In this document: one piece after another, positions 51,925-64,000 of the stretch
How the letters are laid out: every line of letters begins with the position of its first letter
Numbering within the stretch: position 1 is the stretch's first letter
Assembly: GCF_006345805.1 (NCBI RefSeq)
Contig: NC_043006.1
Span: forward strand, 42,222,001-42,286,000
Length of the DNA stretch: 64,000 nucleotides
Direction: 5' to 3'
Source of the DNA: Octopus sinensis
Taxonomy: Eukaryota
The notes under the pieces: model-generated
Database searches by the model: none
What the model saw: only the letters and a program-made list of their open reading frames with translations
What the model was told of the DNA's origin: nothing
Made by a program: the position numbers and the translations under genes

Positions 51925-52380
51925 AGGGGGGTATGTAAATAAAGTAATGAGACTAGTGAAATAGAGTTCGATCTGGCAACACTGTGGGGTTCCCCTTTAC
52001 ATCGTTTCCGATTAAGTTCAAGCAGCAACCACGTGGCGTTAACAGGTGACCTGTCAGTGCACGTTTTGCGAAGTGATTTAATTTTGTGTCCTGAAAATGA
52101 GCGAGCAGAATTATGAGCAACGCTGTGCCATCAATTTTTTGTTTCAAACTCGGATACAATGCCGTTGAAACTTGTGCAAAACTTCAACAGAAATACAGGG
52201 TGACTACTTTATGAAGAGCACAGGTTTTCAGATGGTTCGAACCATTTTTTAGAAGACCAAGAGTCCATTAAAAATCACTCTCGGTCAGGAAGTCCACCAG
52301 CTTCACGAATTGACGAAAATGTGGAGCGAATCAGAGACCGCGTGAGGTCTGACAGTGGGTTAACTGTCAGATTGAGTGTA
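51925..52380 (+). mobile_element. Tc1/mariner transposon 5' remnant (TIR-like end plus transposase HTH)
   Basis: TIR-like ggggtatgtaaataaagtaatgagact near 51927. From ATG 52097: MSEQNYEQRCAINFCFKLGYNAVET..*RAQVFRWF..SRSGSP..ENVERIRDRVRSDSGLTVR, with an in-frame stop. Confidence 0.75.
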
Positions 52381-52498
52381 GTAAAACTAAAATATGAAAT
52401 ACCAAATACATGAAAATCGATGTCGATTCAGCTCCCATATGTAACAAACCAATAGCTAACAGTACATGTGTGTGCAACAGAGAGACAGCGTATACAGT

Positions 52499-52569
<71 letters not shown>

Positions 52570-52614
52570 TGATTGATTGATTGATTAATTGATTGATTGA
52601 TTGATTGATTGATT

Positions 52615-52697
<83 letters not shown>

Positions 52698-53061
52698 TGT
52701 TAAACACACATATATACAAACACTCATATATATATATATACATATATGTATGTCTGTATACATGTGTGTATATATGCATATATATGTGTGTGTGTGCGCG
52801 CGTGTGTGTGTGTTTTATATGTATTTATGTATATAAATATAATTCAATAACAAACTGCAATGTGCCTTGTGTGTGATGTGTGTATATATGTGTGTATTTT
52901 TGACTGTGTAAGACAGGCACCGAAAAAGTAAGCTAGATAGACAGACAGACGGACAGCCAGCAAGCAAATATACATGAATATATATATATATATATACACA
53001 CATACATGCATACATATATATATATAGAGAGAGAGATAGAGGTGGAGAGAGAGAGAGAAAG

Positions 53062-53102
<41 letters not shown>

Positions 53103-53731
53103 TTATATACACACACATACACACTAAGCACAAACTCAGTGCAGTGTGGTTCTAGATGTTTCTGTTGCTACTGCTGCTGTTCCGACTGTGTTTGGTGTTG
53201 TAGAGTAGGTGTGAATAGCTTGTACGAATAGATAAGAGAAATCTATATGCTTATTAGAAGTTTTTTCTTTCCTTTTTTAAATCAAAATGTCGCTTAATCA
53301 CAACAAAAAATCTGTTACTAAAAGCATTCTTCATGCGAAGATCGAATAGCAATGTTGCCGACCTGTGTATTACTCAAATTGTAATACACACACAGACACA
53401 CAGGCACAAACACACATCTCTTTCACTCTCTCTCACTCTCAATCACTCTCTATCTTCTTCATTCTGTTTCTCTCATTATATAAATATGTGTGTGTGTATG
53501 TGTGTATACAGATATATATATATTCACACACATTCATGTGTGTGTGTGCGTGTGTGTGTGTGTGTTAGAGGGTGTATTAAAATGGCTGATAGCTAGCTAG
53601 CTAGATAGATTGATAGGTTCATATATACATGCATACATACATATACCTATATATATGTATATATATACATACATATATATAAAAATATATATTATATATA
53701 TATGTATATATATGTATAGTATATATATATG

Positions 53732-53776
<45 letters not shown>

Positions 53777-53777
53777 A

Positions 53778-53832
<55 letters not shown>

Positions 53833-53854
53833 AGAGAGAGGGAGAGAGAAGGCC

Positions 53855-54830
53855 AGGCTCTGTAGTAAGAAATTGGCTTTCCAACCACACGGTCTCGGGT
53901 TCAGTACCACAACGTAGCACCTTGGGTAGGTATCTTCTACTAGAGCACTGGGCGAACCAAAGTTATGTGGGTCGATTTGGGAGACAGAAGCTGAAGGAAA
54001 AGATGCCTGTCGTGTATATATTTACCGCACGCTCTTTGTGTGTGTGTGTGTGTGTGTGTGTGTTTCCCGCTTAGCAACTTGCGTTCATCTGTCTGCACCC
54101 CCGTAACCTAGCGGTTCGGAAAAAGGTACCTGTAAAATAAGTACCACCATTTAAAATAAAAAAAGATGCACTGGGGTCGATTTGTTCCGCTAAACCCTTG
54201 AAAGCAATACCCCAGCATGGCCACAGTACAATAATTGAAACAATTATAAAGGGAAGCTAAAAAATATATATTCTTTTATTTAATTGCCTGTTTCAGTGAT
54301 TTGACTGCGGCCATGCTGGAGCACCGACTTTAGTCGAACAAATCGACCCCCAAGACTTATCCTTTGTAAGCTTTGTACTCATTCTATCGGTCTCTCTTGC
54401 TGAACCGTTAAGTTACAGGGACGCAAACACACCAACATCGGTTGTCAAGCAATGGTGGGGGACAAACAGGGAAACACAAACATATACATATCTGTTTGTT
54501 TACATAGGACGTAACCTATACGACATCTAGCGTTTCTGGATAACTCTATAACTTATAAATTAGCAGAAGAATTTACCTGTCAGGCAGTTTAGCTTAAATG
54601 ATAGAGCATTCCAACCGGATATTAGAGGGGTATGAGTTCGTTCCTCCTACTTGTTCTATATATATATACGACGGGCTTCTTCAGTTTCGGTCTACCAAAT
54701 CCACTCACAAGGCTTTGGTCGGCATAGGGCTATAGTAGAAGACACTTGCCCTAGGTGCCACGCAGTGGGACTGAACCCGGAACAATGGGGTTGAAAAGCA
54801 AGCTTCTTACCACACAGCCACTCCTGCAGC
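53855..54830. mobile_element. Adjacent inverted pair of SINE family B copies (+ 53855-54250, - 54280-54830)
   Basis: Tail-to-tail orientation about 30 bp apart. Confidence 0.7.
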
Positions 54831-54878
54831 TATATGGTGGTGTGTGTATAAGAGAACAAAGTGTATACGCCGCTATAT

Positions 54879-54916
<38 letters not shown>

Positions 54917-55233
54917 TAGATATATATATATATATATATACACACAAATATAGTTACATTATGTAAATAGATTTAACACACATTCATATATAAGCATCAC
55001 ATAACTATACATTAGATACATACATACATACATGCATATTACATATTCACATATGCATTGATGGAGTAATTTAAAGGAATGCTTTAGTACAATCGTAGAA
55101 TGTCTGTCATGTTTACAGATGATTTGACGTCGAATCCCATCGATTTTTACCATCCAGGGGTTTTTATAAGCCAATATTTACACGCTATTATTTATAGCTT
55201 TATCTACTTCGAGATCCACCGCTAAAAACGATT

Positions 55234-55291
<58 letters not shown>

Positions 55292-55559
55292 GGGCAGACG
55301 CAATTAGCACGTATATGCATATATTTATTTGGGGGTTGTTTTATCTTTTACGTGTCTCATTCATTTCACTGCGACCATGCTGGGGCACTACGTAGAAGAA
55401 TTTTAGTCGAACGTTTCGACCCCAGTAGTTGTTATTTTTTTCTAAACCTGATACTTATTCTGCCGCTCTCTTTTTGACGAACAAATAAGGTACGGGAACA
55501 TAAACACACCAACACCGGTTGTCAAGTAGTAGTGACAGACAAACACATACCCAAATACA

Positions 55560-55603
<44 letters not shown>

Positions 55604-55743
55604 TATATTGTGTCAACCAACAACCACTCTCTGTTTGAGTGATCCATGGTGTCCCGAAAACATTAACTTAAAGACTTTTCCAAGTGGTGCTATTGAGTTA
55701 GTTATGGCCTGGGCCGATAATAGCTGAAACCAATCAAAGTTTA

Positions 55744-55788
<45 letters not shown>

Positions 55789-55794
55789 CAAAAT

Positions 55795-55990
55795 GGGACA
55801 AGAACGCAAACGATTCGGACAGTTAGGTGATACAAAAATGGGACAACAAAACATCCAAATAGACGATACAAAGAAAACAAGGACGGGTCAGTCGAAGTTT
55901 TCTTTCCTTAGTCAAGTACCAGATTATCTTCGCAGTTTCGGCTGATTATACTTGAGATTGTTCCAATCTGGCCAGCCCCAAGGAAAAACT
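55795..55990 (-). repeat. Possible further Penelope-like terminal repeat (degenerate)
   Basis: Follows a (TA)n tract. Minus strand ctaagga-aagaaaacttc-gact resembles a decayed hammerhead core. Weak. Confidence 0.3.
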
Positions 55991-55994
55991 GATG

Positions 55995-56078
55995 TAAATG
56001 TAATTAATCTACGAAATTAAATGTAAATTAATCTACGAAATTAAATGTAAATTAATCTACGAAATTAAATGTAAATTA
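55995..56078. repeat. 24-bp tandem repeat (aaatgtaaattaatctacgaaatt), about 3.5 copies
   Basis: Directly visible. Confidence 0.85.
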
Positions 56079-56345
56079 GATGTAAATTGCGTAAGGAGAG
56101 TAAAAATGTATATGAAAAAAAATGTATAAAATATAAGGTAAAAATGTAAATATAAAAAATGTCTTGGTGTAAATATAGATTTTATGAATTTTTGCATTCC
56201 CGACATTTCTTATATTTATACCCTTATATATGCACCTATGTACTGTGACCCTTAAACAGAAATATTTTACTCTCACCAGATGGAGTACTCTGTTGAATTA
56301 TATGACGAAACAATGCATATATGTGTGTGTATGTGTGTGTGTGTA

Positions 56346-56377
<32 letters not shown>

Positions 56378-56384
56378 GAGGACA

Positions 56385-56712
56385 CCCGCTTCGGTCTTGA
56401 AGGACCATGGGATTGTACCTAGAAAGTTACCCTCCCAGGCACAAGTCCGGGCAAGGTTGTTTGTGGAAGGCCAGCAGTCGCCCATGCATACCAGCCTCCC
56501 CTCTCCACGCCATTGATGTTATCCAAGGGAAAGGCAAAGGGCGATACAGCTTGGCACCAGTGACGTCGCAACTCATTTCTACAGCTGGGTGAACTGGAGC
56601 AACGTGAAATAAAATGTTTGCTCAAGAGCACAACACGCAGCCCGGTCAGGGAATCGATCTCACAACCTCACGATCGTAAGCTCGATGCTCTAACCACTGA
56701 GCCATGCGCCTT
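56385..56712 (-). mobile_element. tRNA-derived SINE (head ggcgcatggctcagtggttagagc)
   Basis: A/B box-like head at 56650-56712. Related pieces at 2935-3075, 11735-11925 and 30890-31180. Confidence 0.65.
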
Positions 56713-57437
56713 CACACACACATGCGCACACGTATATATGTGTATATATATGTGTAAGGGTCGTAAATCACTTCCAGGCTTCAGCGGGGGAAGTTGAAAT
56801 TTGATATTATTGTGATGAGTGGTCACTCTACATCTATCCATCGCTACAGGTTTATAGCTTTATGTTTATAGAGTGTATGTGCGTGCATATACACACACAT
56901 ACATATAATACATACATACATACATACATACATACATGCATACACAGGCGTATGTACGTACATGCATACATACATACATACACACATGTATGCATACATA
57001 CACACAAACATACGGACATATATATGACGAACTAACTGTTACTTTCTCAGATCAGCACGGATTTTTGTCAGTGAACAGGTCGCGGATTTTAGCGACGAAA
57101 ATATTTTGACAAATTAAACTTAAATGTTGAAGTGAATCGAACGGCTTTTGTGTGTTTCTTAAATGGCTTATAAACACCTTCCACGCTGCAATTGTTTTCG
57201 TTTCAGCACACGATCTCAGATCAAATTACTTGCTATGCGAGTACATCTCCGTAATATATATATATATATACTCTTCTACCTTCACAGTGCTTTATTTTAC
57301 TGGAAAGTAATACATTTGTATTGCAATATTTTATTATTCATTGAAAATCTTTTCGTTGTTACCGGTCTGTTAACGGCTATACGTTCAGGCAAGTATACTG
57401 GCATTGATGTAGCAACATTTGAAATATTGTCCAGGTA

Positions 57438-57513
57438 AATCCAGCTGATGAAGACTAATCAAATTTACGATGATAAAACGTATTTGAAGAGTCCGAAACC
57501 TAGGTACTGGATT
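57438..57513 (+). ncRNA. Type I hammerhead ribozyme
   Basis: Stem I aatccag/ctggatt; core CTGATGA 57445-57451; stem II gact..agtc extended by tcaaa/tttga and tacg/cgta; GAAAC 57495-57499; palindromic stem III ACCTAGGT; GTA triplet 57504-57506. Confidence 0.85.
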
Positions 57514-57820
57514 ATCCGATTATGGGTTATATAATGTGTAAGGCAAAAATTTTTATGTTTGCTGCCTTCACACAACTTAACCAGTATATACACACTGAAG
57601 CTTTACTATAGCGTAGTAAATGTATCGACTGATATTTCCAGTAAACATTGGTGCTTTGTTGTACCACTACTCTTTTGTTGGTTTAAAGTTATAGTAGAAG
57701 ATTCTTGCCCAACGTACCTGAACTCGGAACTATGTGGTAAGGAAACAAACTTCTTACCACACAGGCAGATTGCTAGACAGCAAATGTATGCATAAATATA
57801 TGTGTTTTTGTGGATGCGTG

Positions 57821-58042
57821 TAGAAGAGGATGCTGAAAAGTTCCTGGTTTTGGGTAAAAGAAATTATAGGAGGCTCAGTTAATTATGATTTTATTCAACA
57901 TATTCCTATCTCAGGTTTACACACTTATTGCAGCTGTCCTTCAGTTTTTTCTAAGCTCCATAAAAGAACTCGGAAGATTGAGCCTCCATCCAGCCCTTTC
58001 GCGATACTCTTAAAACCAGGAGCTTTTTAGCGTCTCTTCGTA
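57821..58042. mobile_element. Mariner-derived MITE, same family as 10481-10683
   Basis: TIRs agaggatgctgaaaagttcctgg / ccaggagctttttagcgtctcttcgta and shared internal sequence ttaattatgattttattcaaca. Confidence 0.75.
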
Positions 58043-58046
58043 TGTA

Positions 58047-58498
58047 CATACGATCTCTTTACTACCCACAAGGGGCTAAACACAGAGGGGGACAAACAAG
58101 GACAAACAAACTGGTACTTAATTTATCGAAGGCGGAGAGCTGGCAGAATCGTTAGCACGCCAGGCGAAATGCTTAACGGTATTTCGCTTGTCGTTACGTT
58201 GTGAGCTCAAATTCCGCCGAGGTCGACTTTGCCTTCCATCCTTTCGGGGTCGATAAATTAAGTACCAGTTACGCACTGGGGTCGATGTAATCGACTTAAT
58301 ACCTATGTCTGTCCTTGTTTGTCCCCTCTATGTTTAGCCACTTGTGGGTAATAAAGAAATAGGTACTTAATTTATCGACATCGAAAGAATGAAAGGCAAA
58401 GTCGACCTCGGCGGAATTTGAACTCAGAACGTAACCGCAGACGAAATACCACTAAGCATTTCGCCCGGCGTGCTAACGTTTCTACCAGCTCGCCGCCT
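58047..58498. mobile_element. Nested SINE family A: + copy inserted in a - copy
   Basis: Outer TSD tcttcgtatgta (58035-58046, 58499-58510). Inner TSD ggtacttaatttatcga (58113-58129, 58362-58378). Confidence 0.85.
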
Positions 58499-60013
58499 TC
58501 TTCGTATGTATAAACGTATTCATGTATGTATGTACGTGTGTAAGTAGGTCGGTATTAGATTTATCTGCGTGGATTTTGTGTGGTATCGTTGTTGGCGAAG
58601 TGTTATTGCGGTTGGATGTGAATGATTCGCTAAATCACCAATCAGTGAAGTGTCTGCATAATTCATGCGTTGTTTTATGGATAATTTCCCTGTTTGTTTC
58701 AAGTGATTTCCTAATTTAGCATTGTATGTGCATGGGAAATACCATTTTACCATTCCATTGATCAACCACATTAAGACCTGTATTCATGTATACACGCATA
58801 TATACATTTATATGTGAGTGTGTGTCTGTATCTGTGTGTGCATGCAAACACACATACATACATACATACATACATACATACATACATACATACATACATA
58901 CATACATACATACATACACATACATACATACATAAACACACACACACATACATACATATTTGGTAATCAGGCAAAATCGTTAAGCACGTCAGACAAAACG
59001 CTTAGCGCCATTTCTTTCGGCTACAAACGTTCTGAGATCAAATCCTGCCGAGGTCCAGGTTACTTTTCATTCCTTCAGTTCCTGTGAGTACTAGGGTCGA
59101 TGAAATCGACTTGTACCTTCCATTCAAAATTGCTGGCCTTAGACCCTGCCGCGGACCTGTGTCCCATTCAAGATTAACCGGCTTTATGAGTCCAAGGGCT
59201 CAACACACACACTAACACATACACCCACACAAAAACACACATACACACGCACATACACGCACGCATATGGATGGATGTCAGTTATCTCGAAGCTAACCTT
59301 ACTATGAATGAATAGTTTCTAAATGTAATAATATATCGGATCAAACCCCACTCGACCGCATGGGAAGAAGGCTAGGGGCTAACCGCATTACACAAACCAG
59401 ACGTTATGTCGTTCAAGTTCTAAGGGTAGCTTTTAGCCATTTTATCTAAGGTGCGTGCTATTAACTCGGTTGATATCTTAAACTATTGTTTTGTAGGTCT
59501 GTCCGCTTCGAGACACACATTAAATGATTTAAACTTTTTCTTTTTCTGCGCTTTAAAACATGTGTTTTATATGTAAATATATATAATATATATATACATA
59601 TATTATATATATTATATATATATATATATATTATATATATATATATATATATATTGTATGTATGTATGCATACATGTATATATGTGTGTATGTATGTATG
59701 TATACATATACATACTTATATACATACATATGACATATGTATGACTGGATTTGATGAATGGGTGGATTTTGTATCTATGTGTGTATCTATGTATATATAT
59801 ATACATATATATATTTTATATACATAAATATATATATAAATAAATATATATATATATATATATCTATATAGATATATATATATATATATATAATATATAT
59901 ATATATATATACGCTTACATATATACATACTGGTATCAGGATCAGGATTCATAAATCTATATACGTAGATAGATAAATAGAAATAGTTTAGATAGATATA
60001 GATAAATTAAAAC

Positions 60014-60091
<78 letters not shown>

Positions 60092-60139
60092 TGTGTATGT
60101 ATATGTATATATATATATGTCTGTGTATGTGTGTGCGTG

Positions 60140-60177
<38 letters not shown>

Positions 60178-60270
60178 CACACAAATATACCTTTATATCT
60201 ACCCGCAAATATATATATGTATTTGGGTGTTTATGTGTGTATATGTATTTGTTATAGTTTTGAAGAATTC

Positions 60271-60697
60271 TATCGAGGAGTTAATAAACGACCAACTTAG
60301 GGAAATACAAATGAATGCTATGTCGTCTCACAGAATTTTTAAAAAAACTCAAGGCGAATACATTAAAATAAGTTAAATATATTAAATAATGCATTCATGA
60401 TATTTATTTATTTGGATATTATTTGCTTTGTATGTTACAGACTACATCATTTAATAACTGTTTTATGACACACAAACTTGTGTATGTATGCCGTTGTGTA
60501 TGTCCCTGAGTATGAAGGTAATGCATGAGTGTATGTGTGTGTGTGTGTGTATTAGAGGAAAACAGAGAACTAGAAGACAGTTCTGTGTATATCAGCAAAT
60601 ATGTTTATACATAAATATACGCATAGATGTGTGTGTATGTGTGTATCTATATATATTTGCATGTTCTGTATATATGTGTGTGTATGCATATATATAT

Positions 60698-60734
<37 letters not shown>

Positions 60735-60735
60735 G

Positions 60736-60781
<46 letters not shown>

Positions 60782-61147
60782 GTATATATGTATGTATGTA
60801 TATATATATATATATATATATATAATCAAATTAGTATTATATATATCATACTATATTATTAGAATAGCTAAAATATTTAAATGTATATGTGGCGCGTGTG
60901 CTAGTGTATTTATGCGTGTGTATGAGTGTATGTGTATTCATATACATATGCATATATACATACCTATACGCACCTATATATGCACTATAGTTATATATGC
61001 ATAAATGCATATATATTTGCACACACATACATTCATACATATATGCTTATGTACAGCATACTTTGAGAGAAACTAAGATTTTTCACATATAAATATTCCT
61101 ATGCATAGCACAAATATACATACATACAAATATATATGCGTACATTC

Positions 61148-61178
<31 letters not shown>

Positions 61179-61817
61179 CGCACACATACATACAAATATA
61201 CAGGCAATTCATACATACGTATATACAGACATACATACGTACGTACGTACACACATACGTACGCAGATATATGCACATGTGTATGGAAATCTCGTACTAC
61301 TCTCTATATGGGCTGTGACCACTTATAAGATGGAGCTAAACCACCGAAATCAATATATAAGAGAAAAGCTAGGCTTTAACCAAAACAGACGATCGATCCT
61401 TCCTTCCCCCCACCCCTCGCTCTTTCTCTCTTTCTTTCTTTCTTTCTCGCTCTCACTCTCGCTCGCTCGCTCTTTCTCTCGTCATCCACCCTCCACCCAA
61501 CGCCATCAACTTACAGAAGGAAAAAAATCGATTGTTTCAGCCAAACATTCATTTCAGAAGTTAGAATATTCTAGAAGAGGAAACAGCCTGAAGGTTGATA
61601 ATAATAAATAGATGCCGTGTAACAACTAGCGAAGTGATGTGATCTATGGTAGGAAGAGGAAGAGGCGGGGGGGAAACAGAGGACAGTGTAGAGATTGTGT
61701 TTGAGGTAGAGAGAGTCAGTGAATGAAGTGGGAGATGGGGAAAGGGATAGAAAGAGGAAGGGATAAAAAAAATATCTGCAGAACTCTTGCTCGGCAGATT
61801 TGGAGAAGAAAAGTATT

Positions 61818-61859
<42 letters not shown>

Positions 61860-62756
61860 GATACAAAAGGAGGAGGAGGAAGAGGAGAACAAAAGAGAGA
61901 GAGGGGTGAAAGAGAGTAAGAAATAGATATATAGAGAGACAGGTAGAGATAACAACTGACAGGATATTGAGGAGAGAGAGAGAGAACAAAGAATGAAATT
62001 ATCTGGAGAGGAGAGAAGTTCAGTGAGGAAGAAGAAGAAGAAGAAGAAGAAGAAGAAGAAGAAGAAGAAGAAGAAGAAGAAGAAGAAGAAGAAGAAAAGT
62101 GAAAAGAATGAATGGTAGAAGGAGAGTTAGGAATAGAGAGAGATTATGAAGAGTGAGGGGAATAGAATTTCGGAGTTAGAGATAGCGTGGTCCGAGAGAG
62201 AAAGTGGGGAAAGACAGGATGAAAGACTNNNNNNNNNNNNNNNNNNNNNNNNNNNNNNNNNNNNNNNNNNNNNNNNNNNNNNNNNNNNNNNNNNNNNNNN
62301 NNNNNNNNNNNNNNNNNNNNNNNNNNNNTATCGAGGAGTTAATAAACGACCACACTTAGGGAAATACAAATGAAGCTATGTCGTCTCACAGAATTTTTAA
62401 AAAAACTCAAGGCGAATACATTAAAATAAGTTAAATATATTAAATAATGCATTCATGATATTTATTTATTTGGATATATATTTGCTTTGTATTGTTACAG
62501 ACTACATCATTTAATAACTGTTTTATGACACACAAACGTGTGTATGTATGCGTGTGTATGTCCCTGAGTATGAAGGTATGCATGAGTGTATGTGTGTGTG
62601 TGTGTGTATTAGAGGAAAACAGAGAACTAGAAGACAGTTCTGTGTATATCAGCAAATATGTTTATACATAAATATACGCATAGATGTGTGTGTATGTGTG
62701 TGTATCTATATATATTTGCATGTTCTGTATATATGTGTGTGTATGCATATATATAT

Positions 62757-62793
<37 letters not shown>

Positions 62794-62794
62794 G

Positions 62795-62840
<46 letters not shown>

Positions 62841-63895
62841 GTATATATGTATGTATGTATATATATATATATATATATATATAATCAAATTAGTATTATA
62901 TATATCATACTATATTATTAGAATAGCTAAAATATTTAAATGTATATGTGGCGCGTGTGCTAGTGTATTTATGCGTGTGTATGAGTGTATGTGTATTCAT
63001 ATACATATGCATATATACATAACCTATACGCACCTATATATGCACTAGTTATATATGCATAAATGCATATATATTTGCACACACATACATTCATACATAT
63101 ATGCTTATGTACAGCATACTTTGAGAGAAACTAAGATTTTTCACATATAAATATTCCTATGCATAGCACAAATATACATACATACAAATATATATGCGTA
63201 CATTCGTGCATATATATATATATAATATATATATATAAATATATATATATACGCACACATACATACAAATATACAGGCAATTCATACATACGTATATACA
63301 GACATACATACGTACGTACGTACACACATACGTACGCAGATATATGCACATGTGTATGGAAATCTCGTACTACTCTCTATATGGGCTGTGACCACTTATA
63401 AGATGGAGCTAAACCACCGAAATCAATATATAAGAGAAAAGCTAGGCTTTAACCAAAACAGACGATCGATCCTTCCTTCCCCCCACCCCTCGCTCTTTCT
63501 CTCTTTCTTTCTTTCTTTCTCGCTCTCACTCTCGCTCGCTCGCTCTTTCTCTCGTCATCCACCCTCCACCCAACGCCATCAACTTACAGAAGGAAAAAAA
63601 ATCGATTGTTTCAGCCAAACATTCATTTCAGAAGTTAGAATATTCTAGAAGAGGAAACAGCCTGAAGGTTGATAATAATAAATAGATGCCGTGTAACAAC
63701 TAGCGAAGTGATGTGATTCTATGGTAGGAAGAGGAAGAGGCGGGGGGGGGGGAACAGAGGACAGTGTAGAGATTGTGTTTGAGGTAGAGAGAGTCAGTGA
63801 ATGAAGTGGGAGATGGGGAAAGGGATAGAAAGAGGAAGGGCTAAAAAAAATAACTGCAGAACTCTTGCTCGGCAGATTTGGAGAAGAAAAGTATT

Positions 63896-63927
<32 letters not shown>

Positions 63928-64000
63928 CAGAGAGAAATGATACAAAAGGAGGAGGAGGAAGAGGAGAACAAAGAGAGAGAGGGGTGAAAGAGAGTAAGAA
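60271..64000. repeat. Near-identical direct duplication across the gap (from 60271 and from 62329)
   Basis: Both start tatcgaggagttaataaacgacc. Differences are mostly 1-2 bp indels in homopolymers and microsatellites. Confidence 0.9.
62229..62328. other. 100-N assembly gap
   Basis: Run of N. Confidence 0.99.

Noticed and set aside
56650-56712. tRNA gene
   Set aside because: The A/B boxes continue into SINE body sequence and the acceptor stem is not closed, so this is a tRNA-derived SINE head (same for 49600-49670).
60271-64000. ~1.7-2 kb tandem duplication
   Set aside because: The second copy starts exactly at a 100-N gap and differs mainly by homopolymer and microsatellite indels, typical of overlapping contig ends. 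Read depth and spanning long reads would decide.

Overview
This is eukaryotic, AT-rich, microsatellite-saturated DNA. The SINE repertoire and the (TA)n/(GATA)n/(CATA)n content suggest an octopod cephalopod (inference). The only host gene visible is an alpha7-like nicotinic acetylcholine receptor alpha subunit on the + strand. It shows two coding exons (14061-14317 and 34604-34798) separated by a 20.3 kb intron; the flanking exons lie outside the window. The rest is intronic transposon material: two L1/Tx1-like LINEs ending in (TATC)n, R4/Dong-like REL-endonuclease LINE fragments beside (CATA)n, RTE fragments, a mariner remnant, Tigger/hAT/mariner MITEs, foldback elements and dozens of tRNA-derived SINEs. 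The most notable unexplained signal is a set of type I hammerhead ribozyme motifs from several unrelated sequence families, typical of Penelope-like pseudo-LTRs. Two have a fully canonical core and lie sense to the receptor pre-mRNA (25817-25920 and 57438-57513). Local inverted duplications and foldbacks accompany them. The last ~3.7 kb is a near-identical duplication across a 100-N gap and is probably an assembly artefact. All structures were read by eye; no folding or database search was run.
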